From an uncultured Acidobacteriaceae bacterium (GTDB taxonomy: Bacteria; Acidobacteriota; Terriglobia; Terriglobales; Acidobacteriaceae), in contig CAWDPG010000004.1 in NCBI GenBank assembly GCA_963804155.1, positions 818,651 through 882,650 of the forward strand: DNA of 64,000 nt, given 5' to 3'. The notes beneath the pieces were generated by a model that saw only the letters and a program-made list of their open reading frames with translations, ran no database searches and was not told where the DNA came from. This document shows positions 11,331 to 21,184 of this stretch, one piece after another. Each line of letters starts with the position of its first letter. The first letter of the stretch is position 1. A program made the translations under genes and the position numbers.

Positions 11331-11424
11331 AGCTATTAGCTCTTAGCTTCTTTTGTGCGCTGCGCGCGATCGCATGAACCTCACGATCCAGAGGCTAAGA
11401 GCTAATGGCTAAAAGCTAAGAGCT
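11331..11424. repeat. inverted repeat / REP-like motif cluster in the glyQ-glyS intergenic spacer
   Basis: AGCTATTAGCTCTTAGC (11331-11347) is the near-perfect reverse complement (16/17) of GCTAAGAGCTAATGGCT (11394-11410). A further GCTAAGAGCT sits at 11415-11424. A closely related AGCTAAGAGCTA recurs at about 60799-60810. Confidence 0.7.
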
Positions 11425-12411
11425 TGCCTCTTGCTGCATCGCCCACGCCTTCGCCACGCCCACCGCCAGCGCGCGAATCCGCCCGATCACGCCCACGCGC
11501 TCGGTCACGCTGATCGCCCCGCGCGCGTCCAGTAGGTTGAACAGGTTCGAGCACTTCAACGCCAATTCGTACGTCGCCAGCAACGGAAATCTCCGCTTCT
11601 CCGCCGCGCTCGCCTTCTCGTCCGCCAGCAGCGCGTGGGCCCTCGCCAGCAGCGCCTGCGCCTCTGCCTCGTAGCTATTAAAGTGCTCCCACAGCCTCGG
11701 CACGTCGGCTATCTCGAAGTTGTACACCGAGAACTGCAGCTCCTCGGCCAGCCGCACGTCGCCGTAGGTCACCGCCGCGCCCGTGTCCGGATTGCGCGCC
11801 CACACGATGTCGTAGATCGAATCGACATCTTGCAAAAACGCCGCGATCCTCTCCATGCCGTACGTCAGCTCGGCGCAAATCGGGTCCAGATCGAGCCCGC
11901 CGCACTGCTGAAAGTACGTGAACTGCGTGATTTCGAGGCCGTCCAGCATCACCTGCCAGCCCACGCCCCACGCGCCGCCCGCAGGCCACTCCCAGTTGTC
12001 CTCCTCGAACTTCAGGTCGTGGTGCTTCAGGTCGATCCCCATCGCCTCCAGCGACTCCAGATACAGCTCCTGCACATTGACCGGAGGCGGCTTCAGAATC
12101 AGTTGGAACTGGGTGTGCTTGAACAGCCGGTTCGGATTCTCGCCGTACCGCCCGTCGGCCGGCCGCCGCGAAGGCTGCGCGTAGCCGACTCTGTACGGCT
12201 TCGGTCCCAGCACGCGCAGAAACGTCTCCGGCGCCATCGTCCCCGCGCCCACCTCCACGTCGTAGGGCTGCTGCAGCACGCATCCGCGCTCCGCCCAGAA
12301 CGCCTGCAGGCGGAACAATAACTCCTGAAAGGTGAGCGATGTAGGCTTCACTCGCGGTACGGCTTGGGCTGCGGTCACAGGCTCTTCTCTTTCATCGGGA
12401 CTAAGGTTCAA
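11416..12411 (-). CDS. glyQ: glycine--tRNA ligase alpha subunit
   Basis: 331 aa with highly conserved GlyQ sequence: [46 protein letters not shown]. Confidence 0.95.
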   Translation of the reverse strand: MNLSPDEREEPVTAAQAVPRVKPTSLTFQELLFRLQAFWAERGCVLQQPYDVEVGAGTMAPETFLRVLGPKPYRVGYAQPSRRPADGRYGENPNRLFKHTQFQLILKPPPVNVQELYLESLEAMGIDLKHHDLKFEEDNWEWPAGGAWGVGWQVMLDGLEITQFTYFQQCGGLDLDPICAELTYGMERIAAFLQDVDSIYDIVWARNPDTGAAVTYGDVRLAEELQFSVYNFEIADVPRLWEHFNSYEAEAQALLARAHALLADEKASAAEKRRFPLLATYELALKCSNLFNLLDARGAISVTERVGVIGRIRALAVGVAKAWAMQQEASS

Positions 12412-12456
12412 TTTTATCAGCCAGGACTTTCATCGCCCCGCCAGGCACGCGTTTGA

Positions 12457-13215
12457 TCACCCGCCCAGCCTCGCCAGCGCTTCCGCCGTCTTCAGCTTCC
12501 GCTCCAAATGCCGCTCCAGCGTCTGCACGGTAAACCGCCTCAAATCCTGCCCCCTCCGCCGTGTCCACGGCTCACCGGCAAAGGCCGAAGCCGGCGCCCG
12601 CAACATCCATTGCGCCAGTTGCCAGCTATCCGCCGAAAGCGAACTCCCACTGCCATTCCGGTGCAGCCCGCAAAACAACCCGTCCGTAAAGCTCGAGAAC
12701 GACACTTCCGCCGCCTGCAAGGCCTCTCCGCAGACGATGCACCTTCCGATATCCGGCAGCAGACCCATCAGCCGCGTCATCCAGAGCGAGAAGTAGGTCA
12801 GCGCCATCCAGGGCTGTTCGGTCTCGGATTTTGCAGCCGCCGTGTGTTCCAGCACCGAGACGAGCAGGCGGTAGACCGCATCCTGCGGATCGCGCTCGGG
12901 CAGCGCCTCGTCGACCAGTTCTGCATAAAAGCTCAGCACGGCCATGCGTGCCTGGTCCACCGGCGCCGAAAGCGGCGAGCGCAGAATCTCCAGTTGATCC
13001 AGCCGCACCAGTTCCTGCCGTGGTTTCTCGGCAAACCACGCCCTGGCCAGGGTCATCGGCTCCAGAGCCCCGCCAAACCGCTTGCGGCTCTTGAGCGCCG
13101 CCTTGGCCACGCCCCGCATCCGCCCATAGTCGCGGGTAAAAAAGCTGACGATCAGGTCGGCCTCATGCACCGGCCAGGTGCGCAGAACCACCGCTTCCGA
13201 CGTCAGCACGCTCAT
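12457..13215 (-). CDS. recO: DNA repair protein RecO
   Basis: 252 aa. The N-terminal OB-fold sequence is typical of RecO (EAVVLRTWPVHEADLIVSFFTRDYGRMRGVAKAA). A C-terminal Cys pair (CIVCGE) is present. Confidence 0.88.
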   Translation of the reverse strand: MSVLTSEAVVLRTWPVHEADLIVSFFTRDYGRMRGVAKAALKSRKRFGGALEPMTLARAWFAEKPRQELVRLDQLEILRSPLSAPVDQARMAVLSFYAELVDEALPERDPQDAVYRLLVSVLEHTAAAKSETEQPWMALTYFSLWMTRLMGLLPDIGRCIVCGEALQAAEVSFSSFTDGLFCGLHRNGSGSSLSADSWQLAQWMLRAPASAFAGEPWTRRRGQDLRRFTVQTLERHLERKLKTAEALARLGG

Positions 13216-13438
13216 GCCTCTTCATCATCGCACCGGCGCGCGCCCGCGGGTGGCGCGTGCCTCGTCCTGGCGCCAGTTGGGCGGGTAACGGTGCATGACT
13301 GTCCGAACGAATACTCATGCGGACTACTCATTCCGACCGGGATCGGTTTTACCTCCGCAGACGCAAACGCGCGTCCCGCCCTCAGGCAGGACACGCGTCC
13401 TAGAAGAACTTCGTTGTCTTGGGGCCAGCCGCTAGGCT

Positions 13439-13699
13439 CTAACGGCCGAAGTGCTTGGCGTTCTTGTCGGTAAAGTGCGCCCACTTCTCCGGCAGGTCGT
13501 CCTGCGCGAAGATGGCCGAAACCGGGCAGACCGGCACGCACGCGCCGCAGTCGATGCACTCGACCGGGTCGATAAACAACTGATCCGCCTCGCCGTGGCC
13601 GGCTTCGTCCTTCTTGGGGTGGATGCAATCGACGGGACACGCGTCTACGCAGGCGGTGTCCTTGGTGCCGATACAGGGTTCTGCAATAACGTATGCCAT
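13439..13699 (-). CDS. fdxA: 7Fe-type ferredoxin (3Fe-4S plus 4Fe-4S)
   Basis: 86 aa from ATG 13699 (MAYVIAEPC..). Cluster motifs are C-x7-C-x3-CP (CIGTKDTACVDACP) and CIDCGACVPVCP. The upstream extension in the ORF track is R/S-rich and unlikely to be coding. Confidence 0.85.
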   Translation of the reverse strand: MAYVIAEPCIGTKDTACVDACPVDCIHPKKDEAGHGEADQLFIDPVECIDCGACVPVCPVSAIFAQDDLPEKWAHFTDKNAKHFGR

Positions 13700-13936
13700 C
13701 TTCAATTTCTCCGGGGAACTCGTGCGGCGCCGCAAACGCGGTCCGCTCTGAACTGCACGTCGCTGATAGTAGCACACGGCCCCGCGGCCTGACTCAACCC
13801 CTGAGTCCCGGTTTTGACCTGCGGGAATTGGAGTTGACACGGGCCCGTTGGCAAGACCCGCAGCGGAACGGCAGGCCGCACAAACGAGGAGCCGGAATCG
13901 ATAGGACGCTCCGATCCGGCAAGCACTGTTTGTTTC

Positions 13937-15535
13937 TTATTCCCGCTTCCGCCTCTGGTGCGTCGACGGAATGTTCATGTCCTCGCGGTACTTGGCTACG
14001 GTGCGGCGGGTGAGCTGAATCCCCTGGTGCTGCAGCATGAGCGCGAGCTGGTCGTCGGTGAGCGGATGCCGCGGGTCTTCGTCCTCGATGAACTTGCGGA
14101 CTTTGCGTTTCAAAACCAAGAGAGGCGTGTCGGCGCCCTCCGGCCCGTTGGCGCCTTCGGAGAAGAAGAAGCGCAGCTCCAGCACGCCTTGCGGGGTGTG
14201 GGCGTACTTGTTGGCCACGGCGCGGCTGACGGTGGAGGGGTGGACGCCGATCTCCTCAGCCACTTCCTTGATCATCATGGGGCGCAGGGCTTCGACGCCC
14301 TTTTCCATGAACTCTTGCTGGCGGCGCACGATCACTTCGCAGGTGCGCAGGATGGTGCTCTTGCGCTGCGCGATGTTGCGCATCAGTTGCAGCGCGGAGC
14401 GGAACCGCTCCTTGACGTATTCCTTCACTTCCTTGTCGGTGTCGGCCGAAACCAGCAGCCGGCGGTAGCGCTGGCTCAGGCGCAGGCTGGGCATGTCCTC
14501 CTCATTCATGGAGACTACCCACTCGTCGCCGCGCTTCACGAAGACGACGTCGGGCTCGATGAGCCGCGTCTGCTCGCGGTTGTACATGCGCCCTGGGCGG
14601 GGATCGAGCGTGCGGATGAACTCGATCGCCGCGCGGGCTTCGTCGACCGTCACCTGGGCCGCCCGCGCCAGGTCCTTCACGTCGCGCTTCTGCAAGAGAG
14701 GCAAGTGACGTTCCACAATCAGCGCCGCCACCTCCATCGCCCGCCGCCGCTCGTCGAGCTTGGCCTCGGCTTCGGCGCGGAAGGCCCGGTGCGGGTCCTG
14801 CTCCGGCTCCTCACCCGCCTCTTCGGCCGGTTTGGCGAACAGATGGCCGAACTCTTGCTGCTGGGCCGCGATCTGAATCGCGAGGCATTCGCGCAGGTCG
14901 CGGGCGGCCACGCCCGCCGGGTCCAGGTGCCGCACCAGCGCGATGGCCTTTCGGATCGACTCGAGGGCCGCCGGATCGGCCGCGCTTCCGTCGCCCGCGG
15001 CCGCTGCGGCCGCCGCGGGGCCGAATGCCGCCGCCAACTCCTCATCGGTCGCGGTCAGGTAGCCGTCCTCGTCCAGGTTGCCGACTACGAAATCGGCCGC
15101 CTCGTGCTGCTTCTTGTCGAGGCTCAAAGATCCCAGTTGCCACGCCAGGTGATCGGACAGAGTCGTAGGCTGGGAGAGAAAGTTTTCGAACGAGGGCTTC
15201 TCATTCTCCTCGTATTCCGGCTGCGTGCGGTAGCCGGGATCGAGATACTCCTGGAAGTAGGAGCCAAAGTCGATCTCGCTGAAGACGTCCTTGGGCGGCG
15301 CGGCAGCTTCCTCGGCGCTGCGTTCCAGCCGCTCCTCGCGGCCTGCCACCTGATCCAGCGTCGGAACCGTCTCGTCAATCTCCTCCAGGACGGGATTCTC
15401 CACCATTTCGGCATCGATCATCTCCTTGAGCTCGAGCTTGTTCAAGGCAAGAACGCTCACCATCTGCATCAGGCCCGGCGTGAGGACCTGACGTTGCGCC
15501 ACTTTCAAGCTCAGTTTTGGTTGCAGCAGCGGCAT
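13937..15535 (-). CDS. rpoN: RNA polymerase sigma-54 factor
   Basis: 532 aa. Region I: LSLKVAQRQVLTPGLMQMVSVLAL. An acidic region II is present. The C-terminal HTH and RpoN box read ..HPSTVSRAVANKY.. and LTRRTVAKYRE. It lies downstream of lptB, as in the canonical lptCAB-rpoN arrangement. Confidence 0.95.
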   Translation of the reverse strand: MPLLQPKLSLKVAQRQVLTPGLMQMVSVLALNKLELKEMIDAEMVENPVLEEIDETVPTLDQVAGREERLERSAEEAAAPPKDVFSEIDFGSYFQEYLDPGYRTQPEYEENEKPSFENFLSQPTTLSDHLAWQLGSLSLDKKQHEAADFVVGNLDEDGYLTATDEELAAAFGPAAAAAAAGDGSAADPAALESIRKAIALVRHLDPAGVAARDLRECLAIQIAAQQQEFGHLFAKPAEEAGEEPEQDPHRAFRAEAEAKLDERRRAMEVAALIVERHLPLLQKRDVKDLARAAQVTVDEARAAIEFIRTLDPRPGRMYNREQTRLIEPDVVFVKRGDEWVVSMNEEDMPSLRLSQRYRRLLVSADTDKEVKEYVKERFRSALQLMRNIAQRKSTILRTCEVIVRRQQEFMEKGVEALRPMMIKEVAEEIGVHPSTVSRAVANKYAHTPQGVLELRFFFSEGANGPEGADTPLLVLKRKVRKFIEDEDPRHPLTDDQLALMLQHQGIQLTRRTVAKYREDMNIPSTHQRRKRE

Positions 15536-15745
15536 GGTTTCAGTTCTTTCCCGTTTTGCTCTGAGTGAGTGTAGTCGTGCCAGAAAAGCTTAATGCCGGA
15601 ATTGCCTCGAATCGAATCACCAATTCGCGTTATGTGTTCCGAATCGGGTAATGACCCGTCCTGGGATCTTGCTGTCTAGATTTTACGGTGCGCAAGACGC
15701 CTTCGGGGCACAATCGAACCCAGCCGCACTCCCGAAGCAGGCGCG

Positions 15746-16504
15746 TCAACCGAGCGAGAAGCCCTCGCCGAGATAAATCCGCCGTACCTCCACGTCGTTA
15801 CCCAGCTCGTGCGGCGTTCCGGTGCGGAAGATCCGCCCCTCGGTAATAATGTAAGCCCGGTCGGTGACGCTTAACGTTTCGCGCACGTTGTGGTCGGTGA
15901 CCAGGATGCCGATGCCGCTGGCCTTGAGATCGAAGATAATCTTCTGCAACTCCAGCACGGCGATGGGATCGATGCCGCTGAACGGCTCGTCGAGCAGAAT
16001 GAAGTTGGGCTGGATGCACAGCGCCCGCGCGATCTCCACGCGCCGCCGCTCGCCGCCCGACAGGGCGTAGCCGCGGGTGGTGCGAATGTGGCCCAGGTTG
16101 AGCTGGTGGATCAGCCGCTCGGCCCGGGTGCGCCGTTCCCGGTTGCCCAGCGGCTGCGCTTCGAGTACCGCCAGGATGTTCTCTTCCACGGTGAGCTTGC
16201 GAAAGACCGAAGGCTCCTGCGGCAGATAGCTGATGCCGAAGTTGCGCGCGCGCAGATACATCGGCATGCGCGTGATGTCGGTCTCGTCGACCATCACGCG
16301 CCCGCTCTCGGGCTGCACCAGCCCCACGATGATGTAGAAGCTGGTGGTCTTGCCGGCGCCGTTCGGCCCCAGCAGTCCCACCACTTCGCCGCGGGAGATG
16401 CGCAGGTTGACGTCCCGTACAACCTGTCTCCGCTTGTAGCTTTTCCCGATCCCCTCGGCAATCAATGTCTGCATTCGTTTCGCCGGCGCTCGAACCGCCG
16501 TCAC
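15746..16504 (-). CDS. lptB: LPS export ABC transporter ATP-binding protein
   Basis: Walker [16 protein letters not shown] signature [13 protein letters not shown], Walker [16 protein letters not shown] start at 16504 overlaps the upstream stop (GTGA). ATG 16474 (MQTLIAEG..) is an alternative start. Confidence 0.93.
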   Translation of the reverse strand: MTAVRAPAKRMQTLIAEGIGKSYKRRQVVRDVNLRISRGEVVGLLGPNGAGKTTSFYIIVGLVQPESGRVMVDETDITRMPMYLRARNFGISYLPQEPSVFRKLTVEENILAVLEAQPLGNRERRTRAERLIHQLNLGHIRTTRGYALSGGERRRVEIARALCIQPNFILLDEPFSGIDPIAVLELQKIIFDLKASGIGILVTDHNVRETLSVTDRAYIITEGRIFRTGTPHELGNDVEVRRIYLGEGFSLG

Positions 16505-17301
16505 TTTCCGTGCGCTGCCGGAGCCGTGGTTTCGGTCCGGGTTTCGCGGCCGCCGCCTTCGATACTGACGCTATCATCGCGGCTATGGAAAATCAAAGCC
16601 TCGCCGGTCACGGTTCCGCGCGCCGGGTCGGTCATCTTCGGCGGCGCCGCGGCGGTCCCGGTCAGCACGTATTCCCCGGTCGCGCCCGAGTACTCAAGCC
16701 GCTCGCCGGTTCCCCGCCTGCCCTGTGCGGTCAGCACCACGTGGCCGGTTGCCGTCATACGATCCACCTGCGCCTGGCCGCTGACGACCTGCGCTCCGGC
16801 CGGCATCAGGCGCAGCTCGACCGAATCGGAGGTTGAGGTGACCGTTCCGGTCTCGGCCGTGACTGCGCCCAGATCACCGCCGCGCATGACCGCCCGCCGC
16901 TCGGCATCGGAGTACCAAAGCTCGCCCCCGCGCACGCGGATCACCGGCTGCGCGGCGGCGTTCGCGGCGGCGCTCTGGTCCCCCGCTTGCTGCCCGCCCT
17001 TGCCGCCCGCACCCGGCACACTCGCGCTCAAGAGTACGGCCCTGACCGGTTCCGCCGCGTCCGCGCTGTGCGCCGTCAGCGTCTGCAGGTGCTGGTTCAG
17101 CACAATCACCGGCCCCGAAACCGAGTTCGCCTGCTGCCAAAGCCGCGCATGCCCGCTGAACGCCGCCTCGCCCGTCGACTGGTTCAGGTGCGCTTCGGCC
17201 GCCACCACGTGAGCCGGCCCTTTGCCGCCCAGCGTGAGCCCACCGGGCTCTCGCCGCCGGCCGTTAGCCCGCTGGTACCGCCCGCGCCCGTGTCCTTCCA
17301 T
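16501..17301 (-). CDS. lptA: LptA/OstA-family periplasmic LPS-transport domain protein, probably continuous with the upstream lptC-like ORF
   Basis: OstA-like repeats, e.g. [38 protein letters not shown] and [36 protein letters not shown]. There is no signal peptide. The first ~20 codons look out of frame (R-rich). It overlaps the upstream ORF by 118 nt. Confidence 0.6.
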   Translation of the reverse strand: MEGHGRGRYQRANGRRREPGGLTLGGKGPAHVVAAEAHLNQSTGEAAFSGHARLWQQANSVSGPVIVLNQHLQTLTAHSADAAEPVRAVLLSASVPGAGGKGGQQAGDQSAAANAAAQPVIRVRGGELWYSDAERRAVMRGGDLGAVTAETGTVTSTSDSVELRLMPAGAQVVSGQAQVDRMTATGHVVLTAQGRRGTGERLEYSGATGEYVLTGTAAAPPKMTDPARGTVTGEALIFHSRDDSVSIEGGGRETRTETTAPAAHGK

Positions 17302-19067
17302 GTGGCCTTCACGATCCCGTGCGCGAAGGCGTCACCGGACTCCTGCGACACATCCACTCTTTCGGCCGTCAATTCCAGGCCGCCATTCAACACGCGCGGG
17401 TCGATCGTCAAATGCAGCCACTGGCCGGCGCTTTCGTACACCGCGCGGCCCGCCGTGGCCCGCAGGGGCGCCTGTCCTGCCTGCCCCCATCCGAGCTGCG
17501 AGGACCCTCCACCCGACGGCCTGGCCTTGGCCGCAGGAACCTCCACCAACACCACATGCCCGTCCAGTTCGGCCGACTCTACGTCAGGCGTCACCGTGCC
17601 CCCGTTCGTTCCTTTGGCTACAAGTCCGCGGCCTCCTTGTTCCCTGCCTTCGGCTATCCGCGCCACCAGCCGATCCCCGGTTGCCGTCTGCCTGGCGCCG
17701 GTCGCGGTCGTCTGCTCGATCGCCGCATGGCCCACTCCGACGATCGTGCGCAGAGTCCCGGCCGGCCCAAACGCCCCCATCACGTCATCGGCGGTCATCC
17801 TGGAGGGCGTTGCGGCCCCGCTACCGTGCTGGACCTGGCTCGTGATCGTCACCCCGCCGACGCCGTGCAAGGTCGCCGGTTCCACGCGCCCCTTGCCGGC
17901 TTGCTGCGCCTGCACGCCGCGCCGGGGCTGGCTGAAGCCGATGTCCACCACGGGCGAATTCCACGTCCGGTGCACGTCGAGCGGCTCGGGTTGCCCCGCT
18001 CCCGCCCCGCTCGTCTCGTCGCTCTCGATGGTCACGCCGCGCTCCAGGTGCGCGCTCTTCAGCAGCCCCTGCGCGGTGAACTCGATCTCGGCCGTCGGCG
18101 ACACGGCATGCATCGACCGCGCTTGTTCCGCCGAGTCGAGAACGACGCCGCCCTCCAGGCGCCCATGCCGCGGCTCATTGTGCTCGTCGAACTCCATCTG
18201 TCCCAAGGCGGCCGCGAGCCGGCCGCCATTCGCCGTGTTGAGCGTAAAGCCGCCGTTCGCGTCGAGTCGCTCGGCCGAGCCATCGAGCCGGAACAGCACC
18301 TTGGCCTCTGCCGCGGCCGCTTGCCCGTCCCGGTACTTGGCCTCCGCATCCCGCAGGTGGGCGGTTTGAGCGCCGCGGTCGAACTCCGCATGGCTGGCGT
18401 CGATCTCCACCCGCTCGCCGCCCCTGTGCGTCGAGATCTCAACCGCCCGCTCCAGCGTCAGGTTGCCGCTCTGCGAGTCGTACCGCGCGCCCATCGCACT
18501 GCCCTGTCCCTGGGCCAGCGAGAAGTCCACCCTCTCGGCGGTCGTCACCAGCCCGGACGATCGGTCGAAGGTCACGCCACTGGTCTTTACCTCCACCTGG
18601 TCCGTGGAGCCGGCCGCCATCGCCGCCGCAACGATCGCCTGCCCCTTCTCTTTGGCCGCCGCCTTCACGCCGCCCGCCGGCCGCGTTAACAGCATCACGA
18701 CAGGCCCCTTTGCTGTCGCCAACCCGCTCTTCTGGTCGTACTCGAACACGTCGCCCGCGATCCGGTCCACGCGGCTGCCGTCCTCGCCATAGAGATCGAT
18801 CTCGACGTCGTGCAGCTCCACGTGATCGTTCTTCAGCACTACTTCCTTCGATGCGTGAATCCGGTACTGGGAGTGTGCGCCAAATGCGTGAACGAAGGTG
18901 TAGCCGTTGGCCTCCTGCTGGATGTTCTTGCCCAATTGGCTGGGCAGATCGTGATGGCTCAACAGGCTCTTCCACTTGGCCTTCACCAGAGACACACCCA
19001 GCGCCGCCAGCAGCACCAGCGCCGCCGCCAGGAGCAACGTCCTCAATCGCTCAATCGTGAACCGCAC
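17184..19067 (-). CDS. lptC: LptC-like membrane-anchored protein with extended OstA-like repeats
   Basis: 627 aa with an N-terminal TM anchor (LRTLLLAAALVLLAALGV). An LptC-like segment follows (YRIHASKEVVLKNDHVELHDVEIDLYGEDGSRVDRIAGDVFEYDQKSG), then many OstA-like repeats. Its position upstream of lptA-lptB-rpoN matches the canonical order. Confidence 0.7.
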   Translation of the reverse strand: MRFTIERLRTLLLAAALVLLAALGVSLVKAKWKSLLSHHDLPSQLGKNIQQEANGYTFVHAFGAHSQYRIHASKEVVLKNDHVELHDVEIDLYGEDGSRVDRIAGDVFEYDQKSGLATAKGPVVMLLTRPAGGVKAAAKEKGQAIVAAAMAAGSTDQVEVKTSGVTFDRSSGLVTTAERVDFSLAQGQGSAMGARYDSQSGNLTLERAVEISTHRGGERVEIDASHAEFDRGAQTAHLRDAEAKYRDGQAAAAEAKVLFRLDGSAERLDANGGFTLNTANGGRLAAALGQMEFDEHNEPRHGRLEGGVVLDSAEQARSMHAVSPTAEIEFTAQGLLKSAHLERGVTIESDETSGAGAGQPEPLDVHRTWNSPVVDIGFSQPRRGVQAQQAGKGRVEPATLHGVGGVTITSQVQHGSGAATPSRMTADDVMGAFGPAGTLRTIVGVGHAAIEQTTATGARQTATGDRLVARIAEGREQGGRGLVAKGTNGGTVTPDVESAELDGHVVLVEVPAAKARPSGGGSSQLGWGQAGQAPLRATAGRAVYESAGQWLHLTIDPRVLNGGLELTAERVDVSQESGDAFAHGIVKATWKDTGAGGTSGLTAGGESPVGSRWAAKGRLTWWRPKRT

Positions 19068-19178
19068 GCCAAGTCTTCCGATCCCATTCGCGAACCGGGC
19101 GCCCCGCCTTGGCGACGCCTTTGTTTTTGCCGCCGGGGTGGGGAGTTTCCCCGCGCGCCAGTCTCTTCGATCGCACCG

Positions 19179-19814
19179 TTAATTCCCCAATCCCAGACGC
19201 TCCGCCAGCCGCGCGGCAAGGCTCTCGCCCAGCTCGCTCCACATCAGGCGCGCCGTCGCGCCCGACGCTTTTTCGGCCGCCGCGGCCAACTCCACCAGTT
19301 GCCGCACGTTTTCTTCCACGTGCCGCGCGCCCACCCGGTCCAGGTCGGCCTCTTCCTCGAGGAACGGCGCGTCGCCGCCGAAGTCGATGCGGATATGACC
19401 GTCCTGCTCGTAGGCGCCCTCATCGAACAGCGGCCCGTATCCGGTGACCCGAACCAGCCGCGGCCCCCGCGCCCAGCGAGGATCGATACCGGGAGATGCC
19501 TCCAGCTCCCAAAGATTCCACCCGATCTGGAACTCATAGGCAAAATCGTCGTGCAGCAGTTCGGTTGCCTCTTCAACAGCCTGCCGCGGATCGGCTCCGT
19601 GCGCCTGACCGTTCTCCTGCCCGGGCCCCATCCGCCCGTAGACGCGCTCGAAAACCGGCGCTTCGTTCCAACTGACCGGCCAAACAGTGGCCGAGTACAC
19701 GTTCGGCTCGCCGCCATGGGCGGCAAATGCCCCAAGCACCGCCGCGAGCTTTCCCGGCAGCGCCTCCAGGCGGAGATTCGGGTACCAAAGGCTCAGATAG
19801 AGCGTGTCTGCCAT
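19179..19814 (-). CDS. hypothetical cytoplasmic protein
   Basis: 211-aa ORF with protein-like, acidic composition and no shadow-ORF bias. No motif recognised. Confidence 0.55.
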   Translation of the reverse strand: MADTLYLSLWYPNLRLEALPGKLAAVLGAFAAHGGEPNVYSATVWPVSWNEAPVFERVYGRMGPGQENGQAHGADPRQAVEEATELLHDDFAYEFQIGWNLWELEASPGIDPRWARGPRLVRVTGYGPLFDEGAYEQDGHIRIDFGGDAPFLEEEADLDRVGARHVEENVRQLVELAAAAEKASGATARLMWSELGESLAARLAERLGLGN

Positions 19815-19930
19815 GCGTATCTAGTTTAGACGGGTTGGGATGGGGTCGCGCTTCTACGCCGCGGACGCCCAACCCTGCCCAGCGCGGGCGCGGCTGGTGT
19901 GCCGGCTCGCTGGCCCGCTGAATTGCCGGC

Positions 19931-20989
19931 CTATTCGGCGTCTTTCCGCACCAGGTACTCGTCGAGCAGCACGGAGACCAGCACCGCGGTGGGAATGGCG
20001 ACCATGGCGCCGGGAATCCCGCCCAGCGCCGAGCCGAGCAGCAGAGCCGCGAAGATGGCGAGCGCGGGAAGGTTGACGCGGTTGCGCATGATGCGCGGAA
20101 TCAGCCAGGTGTTCTCGATCTGCATCCAGAGGACAAAGAAGATGGCCACGCCGAGCACGCGGCCCCACGAGTCGATCGCCGCCACCAGCAGGCTCAGGAT
20201 CAGGCACACGGCGACGCCGAGCACTGGAACGATGTTGAGCAGGCCGGTCAAGATACCGAGCGCATACGCGTAACGAACGCCCAGCGAGAGGAACACGATG
20301 GTGCTGACCGTTCCCAGGATCAGCATCAGGCTCAGTTGGCCGATGAGCCATTTCTGCATGCGCACGGCGGCCCGGCGCAGGGTGGCATCGAGCCGGCGGC
20401 GCGGCTCGCGCGGCACGAAGGACAGGAACCAGCGGTACGCGATGTGGCCTTCGAGGATGAAATAGAGCGTCAGGACGAAGCCCGCAATTACCTCGACCAG
20501 CGCGCCCGCCCAGGACCTGAACGAGACCAGCAGGTAGGCGGCGGCGCTGCTCAGATAGCCCTGGATCCACGAGATGACCTCTTGGGGGTCAAGGCGCGCG
20601 GCGAAGGGAATCTGCTTGAACCGGGCGATCAGGGGCGGAATGCGCGTGGGCAGCTCGCCGCTCAACGCTTGCAGGTCGCGGATCACCGGAGGAAGCGCGA
20701 GGAACCCGAAGACGGTGAACGCGCCGGCTACGGCCAGAAGGAGGATGAGGACGGCGATCGAGCCCTGGAAAGGTCTCCACCGGCCGATGCGAATGCGCGA
20801 GGTCGTCTGCACGACCGGCGAAAGCACCACGGCAAAGAGCGCGGAAACGTAAAACAGAATCAGCAGGCCCCGCTCGACCCACGCAACATCGAGAGCCAGG
20901 ACCAGGATGAGAAGGAATACGATGTGGCCGCGAACGGCGTTCTTGCTCTGCGCGGGTTGATTCATACTGGGCGATCCTTGCAAACCCAA
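19931..20989 (-). CDS. AI-2E family (PerM/YhhT-like) transporter
   Basis: 352 aa with about 8 TM segments. The C-terminal conserved stretch is typical of the family (LPALAIFAALLLGSALGGIPGAMVAIP). Confidence 0.85.
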   Translation of the reverse strand: MGLQGSPSMNQPAQSKNAVRGHIVFLLILVLALDVAWVERGLLILFYVSALFAVVLSPVVQTTSRIRIGRWRPFQGSIAVLILLLAVAGAFTVFGFLALPPVIRDLQALSGELPTRIPPLIARFKQIPFAARLDPQEVISWIQGYLSSAAAYLLVSFRSWAGALVEVIAGFVLTLYFILEGHIAYRWFLSFVPREPRRRLDATLRRAAVRMQKWLIGQLSLMLILGTVSTIVFLSLGVRYAYALGILTGLLNIVPVLGVAVCLILSLLVAAIDSWGRVLGVAIFFVLWMQIENTWLIPRIMRNRVNLPALAIFAALLLGSALGGIPGAMVAIPTAVLVSVLLDEYLVRKDAE

Positions 20990-21184
20990 TTCAAAGACTA
21001 CGTGCGGGACTGTGGAAACGGTGGATAATGCGGGTCTGAGAATCTGATTGCCTCGAACAACTGCTCGCCGGCCACTGCTAGCCCATCGCTGAGAGCCAAA
21101 AGGCTACATGCTGCCGGCTGCAAGCCACCCGCTAGAATCTGATTCCTGTTTCCTGACCCTTGAACACTTACCACTGATTCCCGG

